From Tubiluchus corallicola (lineage: Eukaryota > Animalia > Priapulida): 64,000 nt of DNA. The stretch spans positions 124,001 to 188,000 of the forward strand of contig JAQGDQ010002371.1 in the NCBI GenBank assembly GCA_030141605.1, given 5' to 3'. Position numbers and translations under genes: made by a program. Of this stretch, positions 27,901 to 41,800 are shown one piece after another (within the stretch, counting starts at the first letter, position 1; the number at the start of each line of letters is the position of its first letter). The notes beneath the pieces are model-generated. The model saw only the letters and a program-made list of their open reading frames with translations. It searched no databases and was not told where the DNA came from.

Positions 27901-30900
27901 TAGCCCCTTTCTTTCTCGTTCTAGTCGTTACCTGTTTAACTTTGCCCGTGAAATTCATTATTAAACTATTAAAAATATCTGCGTGTAATTAAAACGTAGT
28001 ATTGCGTCGTTGTTGGCTGATCTGCGTAAACAATTTTTCGTACTGAACAATAGTTAACCGCCGAAAAATCGGTAATATCTCCGATGAAAATAAATTTTTC
28101 AAAAAAAAACACGAATGCCTATTGGCCAAGCTCCAGGGCGTGACGATGAAGATGATATAGAACTCGAATGAAGTGACGGTAATAAGCTAGCTGTAAACAG
28201 ATTATAGACACCCATTGTATTTACAGTTGTCATGAAATACAAATTTGCGAAAACATAAACGTGGAGAACAACGCTGCAAACTGAAAGGTTCTGCAGAGTT
28301 TTCGAAAGCGAGCTCTCAAAAAAAGAGGAGAAATATATCGTCTAATTCGAAATTCGATAAGTCTCAATCACCAATTTGTTTTTTGATACCAAGGCAGTCT
28401 TATTCATGAAATTTGTACACTGCAAAATCTTACGAGTGGGGTGAATTAAGACACAGTTACAGTGATGTGATTACTAATCCAACAATGTGATGCGACAGTT
28501 GCTGTATAGGAAAACGTGTGCAAGTGCCTTAGGGCTCACAAGCATTCAAAGAGCCTATGTTTCGTGAAATTTTTTCAAACTTCCTGACAATTTCAGCAGA
28601 GTAGTTCCACCATGCTTGCAATTCTATATGTAAGGTTAAGCACTGTCAATGGTTTCTTGCTAACACTTTACCGGGAATCGCAGTGCGACCCAAGAGCCTC
28701 GTAACCTTAGTAACATCCATAATATACACGCTTCTAGCAAAATTGAATTTATGACATTTGCGTAGGCTACTACTCTCCAAATATTTATTTAATTAGATTT
28801 CCTAACTTGGTACTATTCTGGCCATGTGGAAAAGTTATTTACTATGCATGATTGTGTCATCTCTGTGAATCCTATAATCTTTTTCTGTTAAATTTTGTGA
28901 AAAAATAATTGAAATTATCTTGTGTTTATTTTTTTTTGACTTTTGAAAGAAAATAAAACACTTTTCGTAAATTCTAACTGTAATAAAAGTAAAAATGGTT
29001 ACTAAAAATTTTAATTTGGTGAATAAGGTTTTACTATGCTCATTTGTTTGCTTGGTTGCGTGTATGTATGTATGTTTGTTTGTTTTTTGTCTTATTTGTC
29101 CGTTTAGTTATCTAGCTGTAGCTAGCTTGGCGTGCACACTCTGCCTGTCTATTTTTGTCTTTCTGTTTGTTTACTTGTTTATTTATTTGGTTTGTTGATT
29201 ATTTGTACTCATTATCAATTAAGGTTGATGAGTTGCCTGTTTCTTGGCTGGTTTGCTGTTTTTTGTGTTGGTAAGTTATCTGAATGGCTGACATTAAATT
29301 TTGGTTGCATAGCTTTGGATCGCTAATTATATACAGTGTTGACAGCTAATTGATATTAAAAATTTTGACGTGTGTTGCAAGCTCTGTTAACCATGATACG
29401 GTCGTCCATGTAAAGGGCTGCTTCTTACGTTTAACGACACAAAACCCAAAGAGAAATTGCCTCAGTTACTATATTCCCAAAAACGTACTGCGAATGATTC
29501 CTTTTGCGGAATTTATATCATTTTATAATTTTTTGTTTAAAGCAAGTCGCGAAATTCACAAGTATGGCGAACTTCAGTTTTTGAGTTGCAACATCTTGTT
29601 ATGCAGTTACTCTCCTCAAAACTAGTTTTGGGCACTTGTGGATTGTTGGTGGTATTTCCCTGACGAAACTATTATGTATCAAAATAGTCTTTTTTCAAAT
29701 TTTGTATGAATTAGTCTGCGCTCAAAATTTATCTGCAGTCAAACTCGCCTGTCTGTAAACCTGCTTCTACATCGAAAATACCCCCGCATGTGGTTTCCAA
29801 GCCTCAGCAATTATTAATATTTTCTTGGCTTTTTTAGTGCAGTTATGGTAAGTCCATGTATTTTGTTTCTATATAAGACACACAAGTCATTCACTTTTTA
29901 ATATTCTCTACTGAACACCATTCGAAATGGGGCTGTAGAATGGATGGTACGCTATGGGGATATAAATTTTGTATGTAACGCGCCTGTAATACCTAAAATA
30001 TGACGGGCTAACTTCTTGGCGTCCTTTTAGGCGTTCTTATCGTGTCCAACAGGCGCTAATGTCGGAGAGTAATAGCATAAGATTGATTTGCTGCCTATCT
30101 TCCGTCACCCTTGATGAATTAACTGTGCAAAAGTTGACTGTTGCGCATTGTGGACTCATCATGAGAGATAGAATCTAGCCTCGGCGCAATTAGATATTGA
30201 GTTATTACACAACAAGTTACTCGACATTCACTAATGGATTTCAAGATACAATGGAGGCGGAAAATTGAACGAAAATGAAGAATAAATATTAAAAAATGTT
30301 TATTTAATGTTGTGCGAATGAACAGACTATAATGAAAAAGGCTTAACTGTCAGTACGTTATGTCTAACTGAACGTGCTCCTAGATAATCTGTTTTCAGGA
30401 TTTTCTAAATAATCACAACATTAAAACATAATGCGGGCAATAGGAATTATTTTGTCAAACAGAATCCTGTGACGCATCATTAATCGAAGGGAAAAATAAT
30501 CACTATGAACACGAATTTCAATATTTCATTTTTTTGAATATGTATGACCACTTGCGTCCGGTATCAAAGGTTATTCTAGTAACGACTTACCTTGGTTAGA
30601 TTAGTCACAATTTTATCTAAAAACGGTTATATACATTGCGATTGGAAAAGTTATTAAAACATGGTGCTCATGGTGTCTTTATTTTTATTGAAGAGATTGT
30701 AAAGCACTAAGAAAAGGCAGAAATCATAGTTTTGTGACTTTTTGGAGTAAATTGGTATTCATATCTTACCGCCTTATTGGTATTTTCATTTCTTTGTTTT
30801 CCTTTTTTATTAATGTTGATATATTGTTCAGAATAAACTCACCATTTTATGCAATGTGTTTTACAAAAACATTCGTTTTTAGTTTTTTGATCGACACCGC

Positions 30901-30993
30901 ATCAGCACCATCTAATATTGAATCTAATCCCAATCATTTCAGTCATTAATTTTCAAAACCCATTTCTAACTCCATTTTCTGGCATAGTGCTAG

Positions 30994-31418
<425 letters not shown>

Positions 31419-32441
31419 CACGTTCCTTCAAGTATTAGTGGACATTACTGCAACATCATTGAAATTTTATTCGAGTTATTGCCAATTAAAAGTTGCTAAT
31501 CCAACAATCACAGTCGCAGATACATAAAAAATATGAAAGTAGGCGGCTAACACACTATCATCCCACTGTATGACATAAAATTTCATCCATGTCTCAATCT
31601 GTATTTACTGAGAAATTAATAGAAAAACCAAGGCTCGAGGGAAGTTGTGCTGATTTGAAAAAAAATTATTAGAAAGCTGCAGTAATAAAACTGTGATAAT
31701 GCCTTGTGTAATTAGTAAAATCAATTTAAAGTGGCAGCCATTTCACGCTTGAGCATTTTGAACGAAAGTGACGTCATCCTGATACTGTGCAGTATAAACA
31801 ATTCTCCCGCCAGGAGCTTGAGAAATCTTTCGTGCAGGTGCAGTTACAATTATCAATTTACAAACAATCCAGAACATTAAACTAGAGATTATTAACGCTG
31901 TTTCTTGCTTTTAGATGAATCTTGTCCAATATGTAATTAAAAAACACTTACTGACGAGAATATAGTAAGTTGGAACTTATTAGCCTTGGCAAAGTAACAG
32001 AATAATTTTTTAACAAGCTAGAACTCAACTATATAAACTAAGTAACTCGACGGGCTATATGCCTACTATATACTCCTAGAACTAGATGCTCACCTGCAAG
32101 TCAACAAAAATCTGTAAACAGTACTTACACATTTTAAGGTATAAACCTGTAAATTAGAGCTATGTAATCACATTAAGGTTGTTGTTAATTAATTCGATGA
32201 CTAATTTTTACATAAACAGTTAAACGATACTGCTAGAATAGAAGTTTTGTTACGCGTATCTTCACGGCGTTCACGTTGCATGTTCAGCATTCTCGCAGGG
32301 ATGTCGTTTGACCGAAGATAAAAATGATTTAAATTTTTTACTGTGTGCGGATATTGTACCGTAATTTCCATGTTTTTCATTGTACATTAAAATATAATGA
32401 CATTGTCGTTCGAAGGTTGGTTTTCCTAGCAAGGTCAAGAT

Positions 32442-32504
<63 letters not shown>
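32442..32504. repeat. (CAT)n microsatellite
   Basis: Directly visible; may be the tail of a short antisense LINE 3' fragment. Confidence 0.95.
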
Positions 32505-35500
32505 TTCGTCATATGCCCATCACGTCTATTGCAGATACTGGGCAGACAGAACTCTAAAAGAAATATGCCCTCAAAATAGGTAAACACGGCAGTAATCCAG
32601 CAAAAAATCCAGGACACTGTTATGCCAGAGGCTTGTCGGGACCACTTTCGGGCAAATACAATAATGCATAAACAATACATAAACATAAAGATATAAGCAT
32701 CGTCACCATCATATGCTCGTTAGGCCTGTTGTGCACATTGAACAAGCAGAAATTTAAGATAAAGATCTCTGTCTGCAAGACAGGTGAGCAAGTAATCCAG
32801 CAAAAAACTAGACACTGATATAACTTTAATAAGTTCATGTCTAATATTTGATCTTAGATTATATTGCGGTTGTCATCCTTTAGAATCATTTTTCGTTGGG
32901 CCATTACGCAGAAAAAAGATTTAAACAGCAATTCTTCAAAAAATTAACAAAAGGAGAAATCTTTAGGACATCCAGCGACAGGTATGTCTTTAAAAGTTCT
33001 GATGTTTTAATGATGCAAATTTATTATCTTGGGCATAACCTCCATTTTCACCTTTTAAATCATTCTTTTGTACCGTTAAAGAGCTCACAAATCGGCAGAT
33101 ACTAAACTCTATATGTGTTAACTTTTTTGTCTATTGCCTTGCAATCCAACAGGACATTGTTGAAGGCGACAAAATTAAAATAAGTGAACAAGTTCAGCAT
33201 TTATATTAGAACGTCTAATTGAAATGACAGACATGTTCACATAGAGCCAATGAAATGGATCATTTGAACTTTGGTTTAAAGTCTTCACTTGCAGTTAATT
33301 ACACTTGCTTATTGGTAGCTTTACGATAACACATTTTTCTACGTCGAAGGAAAAAACTAAAAATTTTAGAATATAATACTATACACATTGTTGAAAACTG
33401 AAGAAAATACTGAACTTGAGAATTTTACATAGAAATAATTAAACCTCAAGCACTCAATTTTGTGTAGTTTTGTTCAGATTTGCGTGCAAAGTTTCTGTTG
33501 GAGTTTCTAGACTTCCACTTCCACAAAATTTGAAATCAGTTGCCGTCGCTGCCCATTCGGCACGCATGGGGGGGGGGGGGGGGGTAGCATTTCGTCCCAG
33601 TGAAGAAAGACTAAATGGTGACAACCGCAATGTAATTTAAGATCAAAGGTTAAACATGGTTTGTTAATTTGGCATGTTACAATTACCCACATGCCCGTTC
33701 TTCTCGTCCTGAGATTTTTTGCAACATGAAAAAATCATCTGTTTCTGGGTACGGTAACATACTTCGAGTCAGAAAACACTTAAAGGAAGGGCCTGCTCAA
33801 AGAGGTGTTTGTGGGGCTACCGCAGTCCTTAACTCATTATCAATAATGAGCCACTGAGCCAACAGAGTGTCTCAACTTCGGATGTATATTCCAATTATAC
33901 ACATACACTTTGAATTTGCTTTATAGCCAAGGCATGTGAATGATAACCCGAGAGCGAGTATCGATCTCACGTCATTCGCACAAAGCATTATGAGACTCAG
34001 CCTCAACTGGTCGTGTTGCTCTTATGCAACTGCTGAAAATTTGTCTGAAAAACTCATATTAACTGTCATAATGACGCAGCAGAAAATAATTTTGCAAATT
34101 GCATTTTATATGACATGCATTTAACTGTTGTTCAGCGTCAACAAAACAACTGAGGCATTTGGGAATGTTGCTTCAAAATTGTCGTTATTGGAGTTAATAA
34201 TAAACACCGACAATTTTTGTTGCGTTTGATGGGATTTTAGTTTGTTGCACTAAGAGCAAAATTTCAGTATCAGTGTTCATAAATAAAAAATCTATTGAAT
34301 ATCAAGTTATGTATTGTTGGGTATTTCCGTTTTCTTGTACGCAATTTTTTGTAGGCCCTACCTACGTAAAGATTTTGTTACGAGACCGTTCAGTAAGTTT
34401 ATTGGCGTTTGCACAAAACAACCCTTAATAAAAGAGAAAACCCACCTTTACCCATTACACATAAAAATAAAGACATATAATTTAAAAACAACTGGGTTAA
34501 CCTTCTTATTAGCCTTATTGAGCTTTTCGTCAATTAGTTTTTTCTTCGAGTGTGTTTCTTCGAGTATGACTATAATAATTTTAGTTTGGCCGTTACAAAA
34601 ACTGATTGTATGGCAGGGCATAAGCGCACGCTCATCCTATTATAGTGCTTTACACTTTATTAATTAACTAATCAGTTTGTAAATATCGTACAATGTATAT
34701 TTGGCATTGCATTACGTTTTTTTTGTATTCATGTTTAAATATTTCGTATCCACATATTCATATTCATCTTTATGTGGATATGAAAATAATTCATTTTAAG
34801 TGATCTTCAGAATTTTTATATTTTTTATTATAGTTTATAAGTTTCTAAACTTTGTTTTTGTGCATTGGGTTTATTTCATGTGTTTTTACAGTATACATGT
34901 GTAGACGTTAGTACGTAATCTTATTCTGAACTTATTCTGCGCTAAAGGAACAAAAATCTCTGCAGAACTTTCAGTTTACGTGTACCCACCATCGCGCACA
35001 ATGAAGCTTCTTCATGCGCAAAAGAACAAGAAGATTTGTCGGCCAAAGTAGTCAAATGGCTTGTTTATTGCTTATTCGAAGCTATAATCCAATCGGCAAA
35101 TTGGAAGACATGTCGTTTGTCTGTCCATAAATTTCTGACTACTTAATTCAGTTTAAAAAAAGGACATGAAAACGCAATCAATCACGGATTACCGGAGACA
35201 CAATCTCATCGAGTGGCTTTAATGGAAAATCTGAATAGTTAGATTTAAGGAAAAAGCCGGAAACAAAAACGTCACTTAAACGTTAAAGAAGTCAATACGT
35301 TGAAACACATTATCAGCTACAGTGAGCATATGTACATTGAGTTTGCCAAATAATCCTAATTGCTGGAATTCCTTGCTGAACCGAGTAGATTTAGCAGTTT
35401 TAATTGTTGCTAAAGCAAAAAATAATACCTTTCGAGTAAGTAAGATTTAGCAAACTTTGCTAAAAGACCTTAAATATTTACAGTTTCTTAGAGTGTTCCT

Positions 35501-35670
35501 GACAGCAGAGAACAGCAAGAAACAACTTAGTGTATCTCGTTCTTAGTAACGGCTAGCACCTCTCTTGTCGTCTAATTTCAAACTTGATCGTGCGTGCCGG
35601 CATGTATACATACCGCACATCGTATGTATGAGTGTATATGTATATATAACAAACACCATCTGGTAGGCAA

Positions 35671-35821
35671 ATGAAAATCAATTGGCCAGCACGAGTAGCA
35701 GTTCATTCACTCATTTCAAGAGAATTTCTATTTCGGTTTAATTTTAGCCAATTTTGTATTAGAATATGTGTGTCAAATTCGCTCAGAATCTTTTTAATTT
35801 TTTCTGTTTTTCTCTTCCCAG
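35671..35821 (+). CDS. Candidate exon 1: start codon and signal peptide
   Basis: ATG-initiated MKINWPARVAVH...SLRIFLIFSVFLFP-G; hydrophobic core; donor CAG|gtaatt in phase 1 matches the next exon. Confidence 0.6.
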
Positions 35822-38800
35822 GTAATTTTTGTTAGAAACGTTAACATTGCATAAGTTGGAATAAAGGAACTAATAGTTTTTAACACGACGACTTTTTAAT
35901 ATAGTCATGTCTCATTTATACGAAATGTAATTACTATTAATCATTTGAGGCCTAAATTGAAAAGCCACTGTAAACAATTATACTTGGGCAACGTGACTGA
36001 CCGTGTTGTTGCAAACAACAGACACTTCGATGGGAATTGTACATTGTTCAAACTCATGCGTTATTACGGCCTTAAAATGTACAAATCAAGAAGTAATTTT
36101 TCTTAGTCAACCTTTCAAATGAAAAGATACCAGGCTTTGCGAGGAAAAAACGTGTACCCATTTTTAAACAATGCCTACTCAACTCCAAACTTTCAATCCC
36201 ATGGAAATGGAATTGACTTCACAGGAAATGTGTACCAATGATTATCGTAATTCGCTTGTTCCGCATATTATGTACATCAATAATTGTTTTGTATTTAGGC
36301 GTAGACTACGTGGCAGGTGGTATGACAAACCTCAAGCTGAACTAACAAATACATTGTCACAGAAACAGTAACATTTTACCTCAGTATCCTCATAGGTGTC
36401 GTGATCTGAAAGTTAATACTTTTTTCGCTGATTTGAAAACGCCAATGCGAAATATTGAGTAGCTTAGTTAATAACTAGTTTGAGTTGTAGACAGTCACTC
36501 GGTCGGTCGGTCATTTAGTTAGTCAGTCGGTAAGTCAACCAATCAGTAAATCACGCAACCAAGTCTCGTTGCCTCGTTTTCCATGCAATTATTCCCTGTG
36601 AACTGCTAAGCAGTTCTGTTTAAAAAACTTTTACCCTTTTTACCATATAGTATAGTATTTGTACTGTGCACAATTTTAACTTCATTAATTGACTTTAATA
36701 TTGTTGATGTGAAAAACGATTTTCCGTGCTTAGCTATAATACAATCAATACATGCAAATGCAAATAATGCGGTACCTTACAACACAGCACAAAAGACAAC
36801 GAAGTACACATGATTGCCTAGCGGTTTTGTGGCTTAATAGCTTCACACAAACTACCTGAAAAAAGAGTTATGCGCATCTAAATATAATAAACCACTTGCC
36901 CGACTCGTATACTGAGGTGCAAGTTATGAAATCGAAATGCCTTGGATTTATATTATTTTTTCTAAATATAGTGCCGATTTTTACATGTACAATAACAATG
37001 TGGTTATTACAAATAAAAGTAACAATTTTATTTAAAAGCTAACTAGCCCACGAAGCCCGTTAAGTAAAAAATTCTATCAATGCAATCTTAGAAGCCGTGT
37101 TCATTAAATGTTTTCACCCAAAGGATGAATCAGAAATTAATTTTCTATAAGTATAATCCTTATTATATCTTAGTTGCAGTTGTTTTACAGTTGCATACAA
37201 TTGAATAAAATGTTTGTACAAGCTGATTGTATTAAGCTTCCACCGCTATATGTACCTTGTAGATGAATGTTAGTTACACATGTTCACCTTTGATTAAATT
37301 AGATTATATTAAATTTATTAACTAATTGTTACAATTATGCAAGACCTTAACGAAGAGGAAATTAGTCCTCTAAGAACAATACTCAAATTAACCAATTAAC
37401 AATTAAAATAACTTGAAACTGTCAAGCACAAAATTAATGACTAGTTTATTGTCCTTGTGAGTGAAGATAAAAACAGTCTTATTTCTGACCAAAGCATTTT
37501 TCCCGAATCCCAAGGATATATCACGTGCTCATCGTCTTGTTTGGCACCATTAGCACCAGTTCACAGTCATGTGCGTGTCTTGGTCTCTGCTTCCAACTTC
37601 CATGCAGTTTGCACAAGAAGTGGATACTTCTGAATAACCTGCATCGAGTTCGTCGAGTCCTATCCTCTTCTAATATATCCGAAAACTCATTTGAGTATAA
37701 GGGAGGTGATTTAAGGGAAGGATTCCATGTTCTGTAGGTTGCAGTGCGGCTTTTTCAGACGTGAACCTACGCCTTGTCCACATCAATAGTTTGTCCCTAT
37801 TTTCTATTACTTTCTTTAGATACTTTTGTTGTTGGAATTTAGCTCATGTTCGGGGAGATGGGATATCTATCTCCAAAAGGTACAGGTCGTTCTGAGTCTC
37901 TGTCGCAAAGGCTGGACTTAATGCCTAGCATACAAAAAGATTCACATTTTCTGATGCCAACATTAGCTCTTTGTCGGTATAACCCAGTTGTTGTATATCT
38001 AGGGACTTATCCTTGGTTGTTGTGGTACAATGTGAAATACCCGAGCATCGTATTAGATTGTTAAATTAACATTTGTTAAGTACTACTAGCTTTGTAGAAA
38101 AAGGATTAGCTTTAGGAATCAACAAGGATCATCTAACACTTGTCCTTACTTTATGCTCGGACAAGAATTATGAATGTTTAGACGAAGAAGTAAAGTCGAT
38201 TGCAGTAAAGTAATTCACTGGCTTTTACCAATTTTCTGCTCCTTTTCGTTTTATTTAAAGCTATTTTTAAGTAAAAATAATATAAATGAGATTCATCTAA
38301 TTCAAGATAGGAGGGATATAATTCTAATATGCTATCGTTAACATACCTACGTAAGTAATGCTGCTTAAGTAGTGGTTTAAGTATATAATCCACGCATAAA
38401 AGGTGATAAACTAGAGGCCTAATGTATCCCAATCATAACTGTATGAATCGCCTAGTTATCACTATTGAAATTCCATAGAAACTTAGAACCAAAACCAAGA
38501 GAGGAAACGTTCTGCAGGCGTTTTTCGTGTGTATAAGAAACTAGACGCACGATAATCAGCACATTAGGAAGCCAATTGTATAAAGCCCTATTTGTCATTA
38601 AGCCTATAATAGGTAGACCTTCTTAAATCGCTACTAATTAGGTGGAATAATTGCGTGAATTAGTTTGTGCTATTTGTAAACAATTTTTTGTACAATGACT
38701 GTTCGTATTCTGCTGATAATCAGCATTCAATGGCAGGGCCTATTTAATTGACGCAGATGATTGTGGCAGAACCGGAATCTAGCTAATTAGCAAAGTAATC

Positions 38801-41800
38801 CTTTATGATGAGACACTGAGCCAGCGGTGTTATCTAATTCCTTTAACGAAGTAAATATCCAAGGCTGTATAGCAGATAAAATTGTCTAAAACTGTATAGC
38901 AGTTTTTCAAGCAGGCGCCCATGAAACCATCCTGAGGCAGTTTTTCAGGTGGCCAGACTCGATGTTGCTTAACTACACATCGTAATCACACAGTATTTAC
39001 TCGGGTACGCACGTACTTGTACTTAAATCTCCATTGTATCAATCATGTCAACATATTTGTTTTCAAAGACAGCACTGTGAACTTCTTGTGCAAAATGTTT
39101 GGAGTTGTGCAGAATGTTGCACCTATATTTCTGATATAGACTTTTGTTCTGGTTATTCTGATTCTGTTTTTTGACGAGCTTTTAAGCGTGATGGTGCACA
39201 TTTGCAATTCCTCCCAATAAATATTATGCTTTGTCCTATCTCTTCTAGTCGTTAGTATTGGTTTAGTAATTGAACTGAGCCACCAAAATGTCTTTTGACA
39301 AATTTTTTGCCTCGACGAACAATGCTTTTAAACATGACCGCATTTTAACCAAACTGTTCAAACCTTAAAAATTTGATGTTTACATTGGAATTACACGTGA
39401 AATTTTTGTCTCTTAGTTACCGTTTGTAGACGCTGTTAGTGTTTTTGTTGCTGTTATTTGGTAGACTGGTCAAGAATCTCAAAGAGAAAAACATTAATAT
39501 GAAATGCAAACAAGGACCGCACAAATAAAATACGCTTGAAAAGTTGTATCGAAAGTGTTAAATGCTCAAGTTACTTCTCATTAAGAATTAAAGCACTGTA
39601 GTTATACCATAGTGGTTTGTACTATGCGTCTACAACACTAAAGTTTTATTTTGCATCACCAACTCAACTAATACCAATGAAGTTAAAATCTTAAACAAAA
39701 CTAAGCGGAAAATGCGACAAATGGTGCGCGTTTTAATCCTTGCAAACACACTAGGATCAAACCTTGAGTTAATATTGAGAATCGATAACCATATAAGCAC
39801 AGTACGTGATGAATTTATGGGACATATTTATAAATGAGAAATAAAATAAGCTAAAACTTACACAAATTTAATCACACTGCGACTGGTGACTGTATAATTG
39901 AACCGAAAATCAATTAAAAAGTGTTTAATTAAAAGGAAGATATTAATCATGAAGAAGTGATTTGCATTTTGAGGCTTTTCTGCACAGCCTGTTCTCGCAA
40001 AGTAATTTTGGAAATTTAACTCGTGTTATTAATTTATTTAAGCTTTTTCATAATTATCTTAATTAACGCACTTCAAAGGCATAAAGTTAAGGCGTAAAGA
40101 CATGCTAATTAGCGCGTTTTAAAGCTGTATTAGATGCGCGAAAACGTAATATTTTATCGCGTCACCCCCCCCCCCCCCCGCCAATGGAATAGAGCTATTT
40201 GGAGCTACTTACCCAATCAAGAATCTGAGTGGTATCACAGTGACGGCCACAAGCATGAGGCCAAAATCATGAACTCGTACTGAGCTAAATTTGTAACCGT
40301 CTTTTTAGATCACACTGACCTCATGCCATGACATCATGCTGAGCTCAAGTCATGAGTTCACAGAGACCTCATGGTTATGAGCTCATGCTGCTGTCATGCC
40401 ATCAGGTATGTATGAGTTCATCAATCTGAGATTATATTGACCTCATGCTTGTGACCCAGTATGAGCATTTTATGACCAAATATTGAGCTCATGTCTTGAC
40501 TGGATAAAGCAAAAATATTACAGCCAATAAATCATTAATCAGTTGCTGAGTTAGTAATCAATCGATTAACCTGTTAATCGAGTGATCAACTGAATAGTTA
40601 ATTAGAAATTAGAAATGATCAACAGTTATTCCATTTGTCAATAAATTGATTGGTTCACTGCTTAACAGATCGACTAAATGACAAACAAGTGAAGATTAAC
40701 AAGTGGAAAACGTTTTTTACTGTAGTAAAAAGAATACTTGTTTTTTATGGTAAATTCTATTCTAACAAAGTTCCATCCATGGCGCTGTTTATGTAACGTG
40801 AAATCTGGCAATGAATTTTGCACGCTTTATAAATCCCCTTGATGAATTTCTTGTATAGTTCCAGACTCCATTGAGCAATTAAAGGAAAAAAATCGTTTTG
40901 CTTAATTTTAATATCCCAGTCGGTTAAACTAGTTTAACCATGGGAGACGTTTTGAACGGAAGGAAGAGCGGAGGATAGTTTCCATATTTTTAACTTCTTT
41001 ATATCTCTTTTCAGGTGCCCATAATGTCACTGGAGAGCCACTGGATTGTTTAGAGGCACGATCACTATGCACTAATGATATTACTTGTGAGCTTATCCTG
41101 CAATATTTACCTACAGCATGTGGAGAAACCTGTAAGTTTGGGAACTGAGTTCTTTTCTGTACACATCTAGGAGCATTTCTTTAAAAATGTTCAAACTCAG
41201 AGGAACTTTATTTGTCATTGTCATTGTCGTAATTGTTGCTATTGCCATCACATTGAGGACGTTGCTGTCATTATTATGGTTTGGCTGTCAATGTCACTGT
41301 CTATATCAGTGTTATTCAGTGTCATTGTTTTTATTTTGCTCTTATTTTTCATTGTCTTCATCATCATCATCATCATCACCACCACCACCATTATCATCAT
41401 CATTGTCATCGTGCGTCGTCACCGTCACATTATAGTGGTTGTTATCATCATCATCATCGTCATCCTCATCATCATTATCGTGACCATATCCTTGTTGTTG
41501 TCATTGTTGTTGTCGTTATCGTTGTCGTTGTTGTTTGTCGATTCTGTTTTTCTTCTTTTGTTTTGTAGAGTCAAGCACCACGGTCTGTACTGCATTCATA
41601 TGTCGTGTTCACTGTCACTCTTTAATTTCTCCTGGAACTAATAAAATTGCTCATAAGAATGGTCATGTAATTTGCCATTTATTAAGTTGTTATTGTTCAT
41701 TAGGGTTTAAAATTGAACCAGAATGTTGCACCATTTAATTAAAAAACAATTACAGCTCTAAGAAAAAGTATGTTAAAGAAATTTGAACGGTTGTACAATG

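Noticed and set aside
29102-29122. gtttagttatctagctgta resembles miR-9
   Set aside because: Seed mismatched, no complementary star arm, and it lies in a low-complexity (TTTG)n tract.
41569-41738. Cys-rich ORF 41535-41738 as an extra exon
   Set aside because: Splicing exon 2 to the in-frame acceptor creates TAG, and domain 1 is already complete with exons 2+3.
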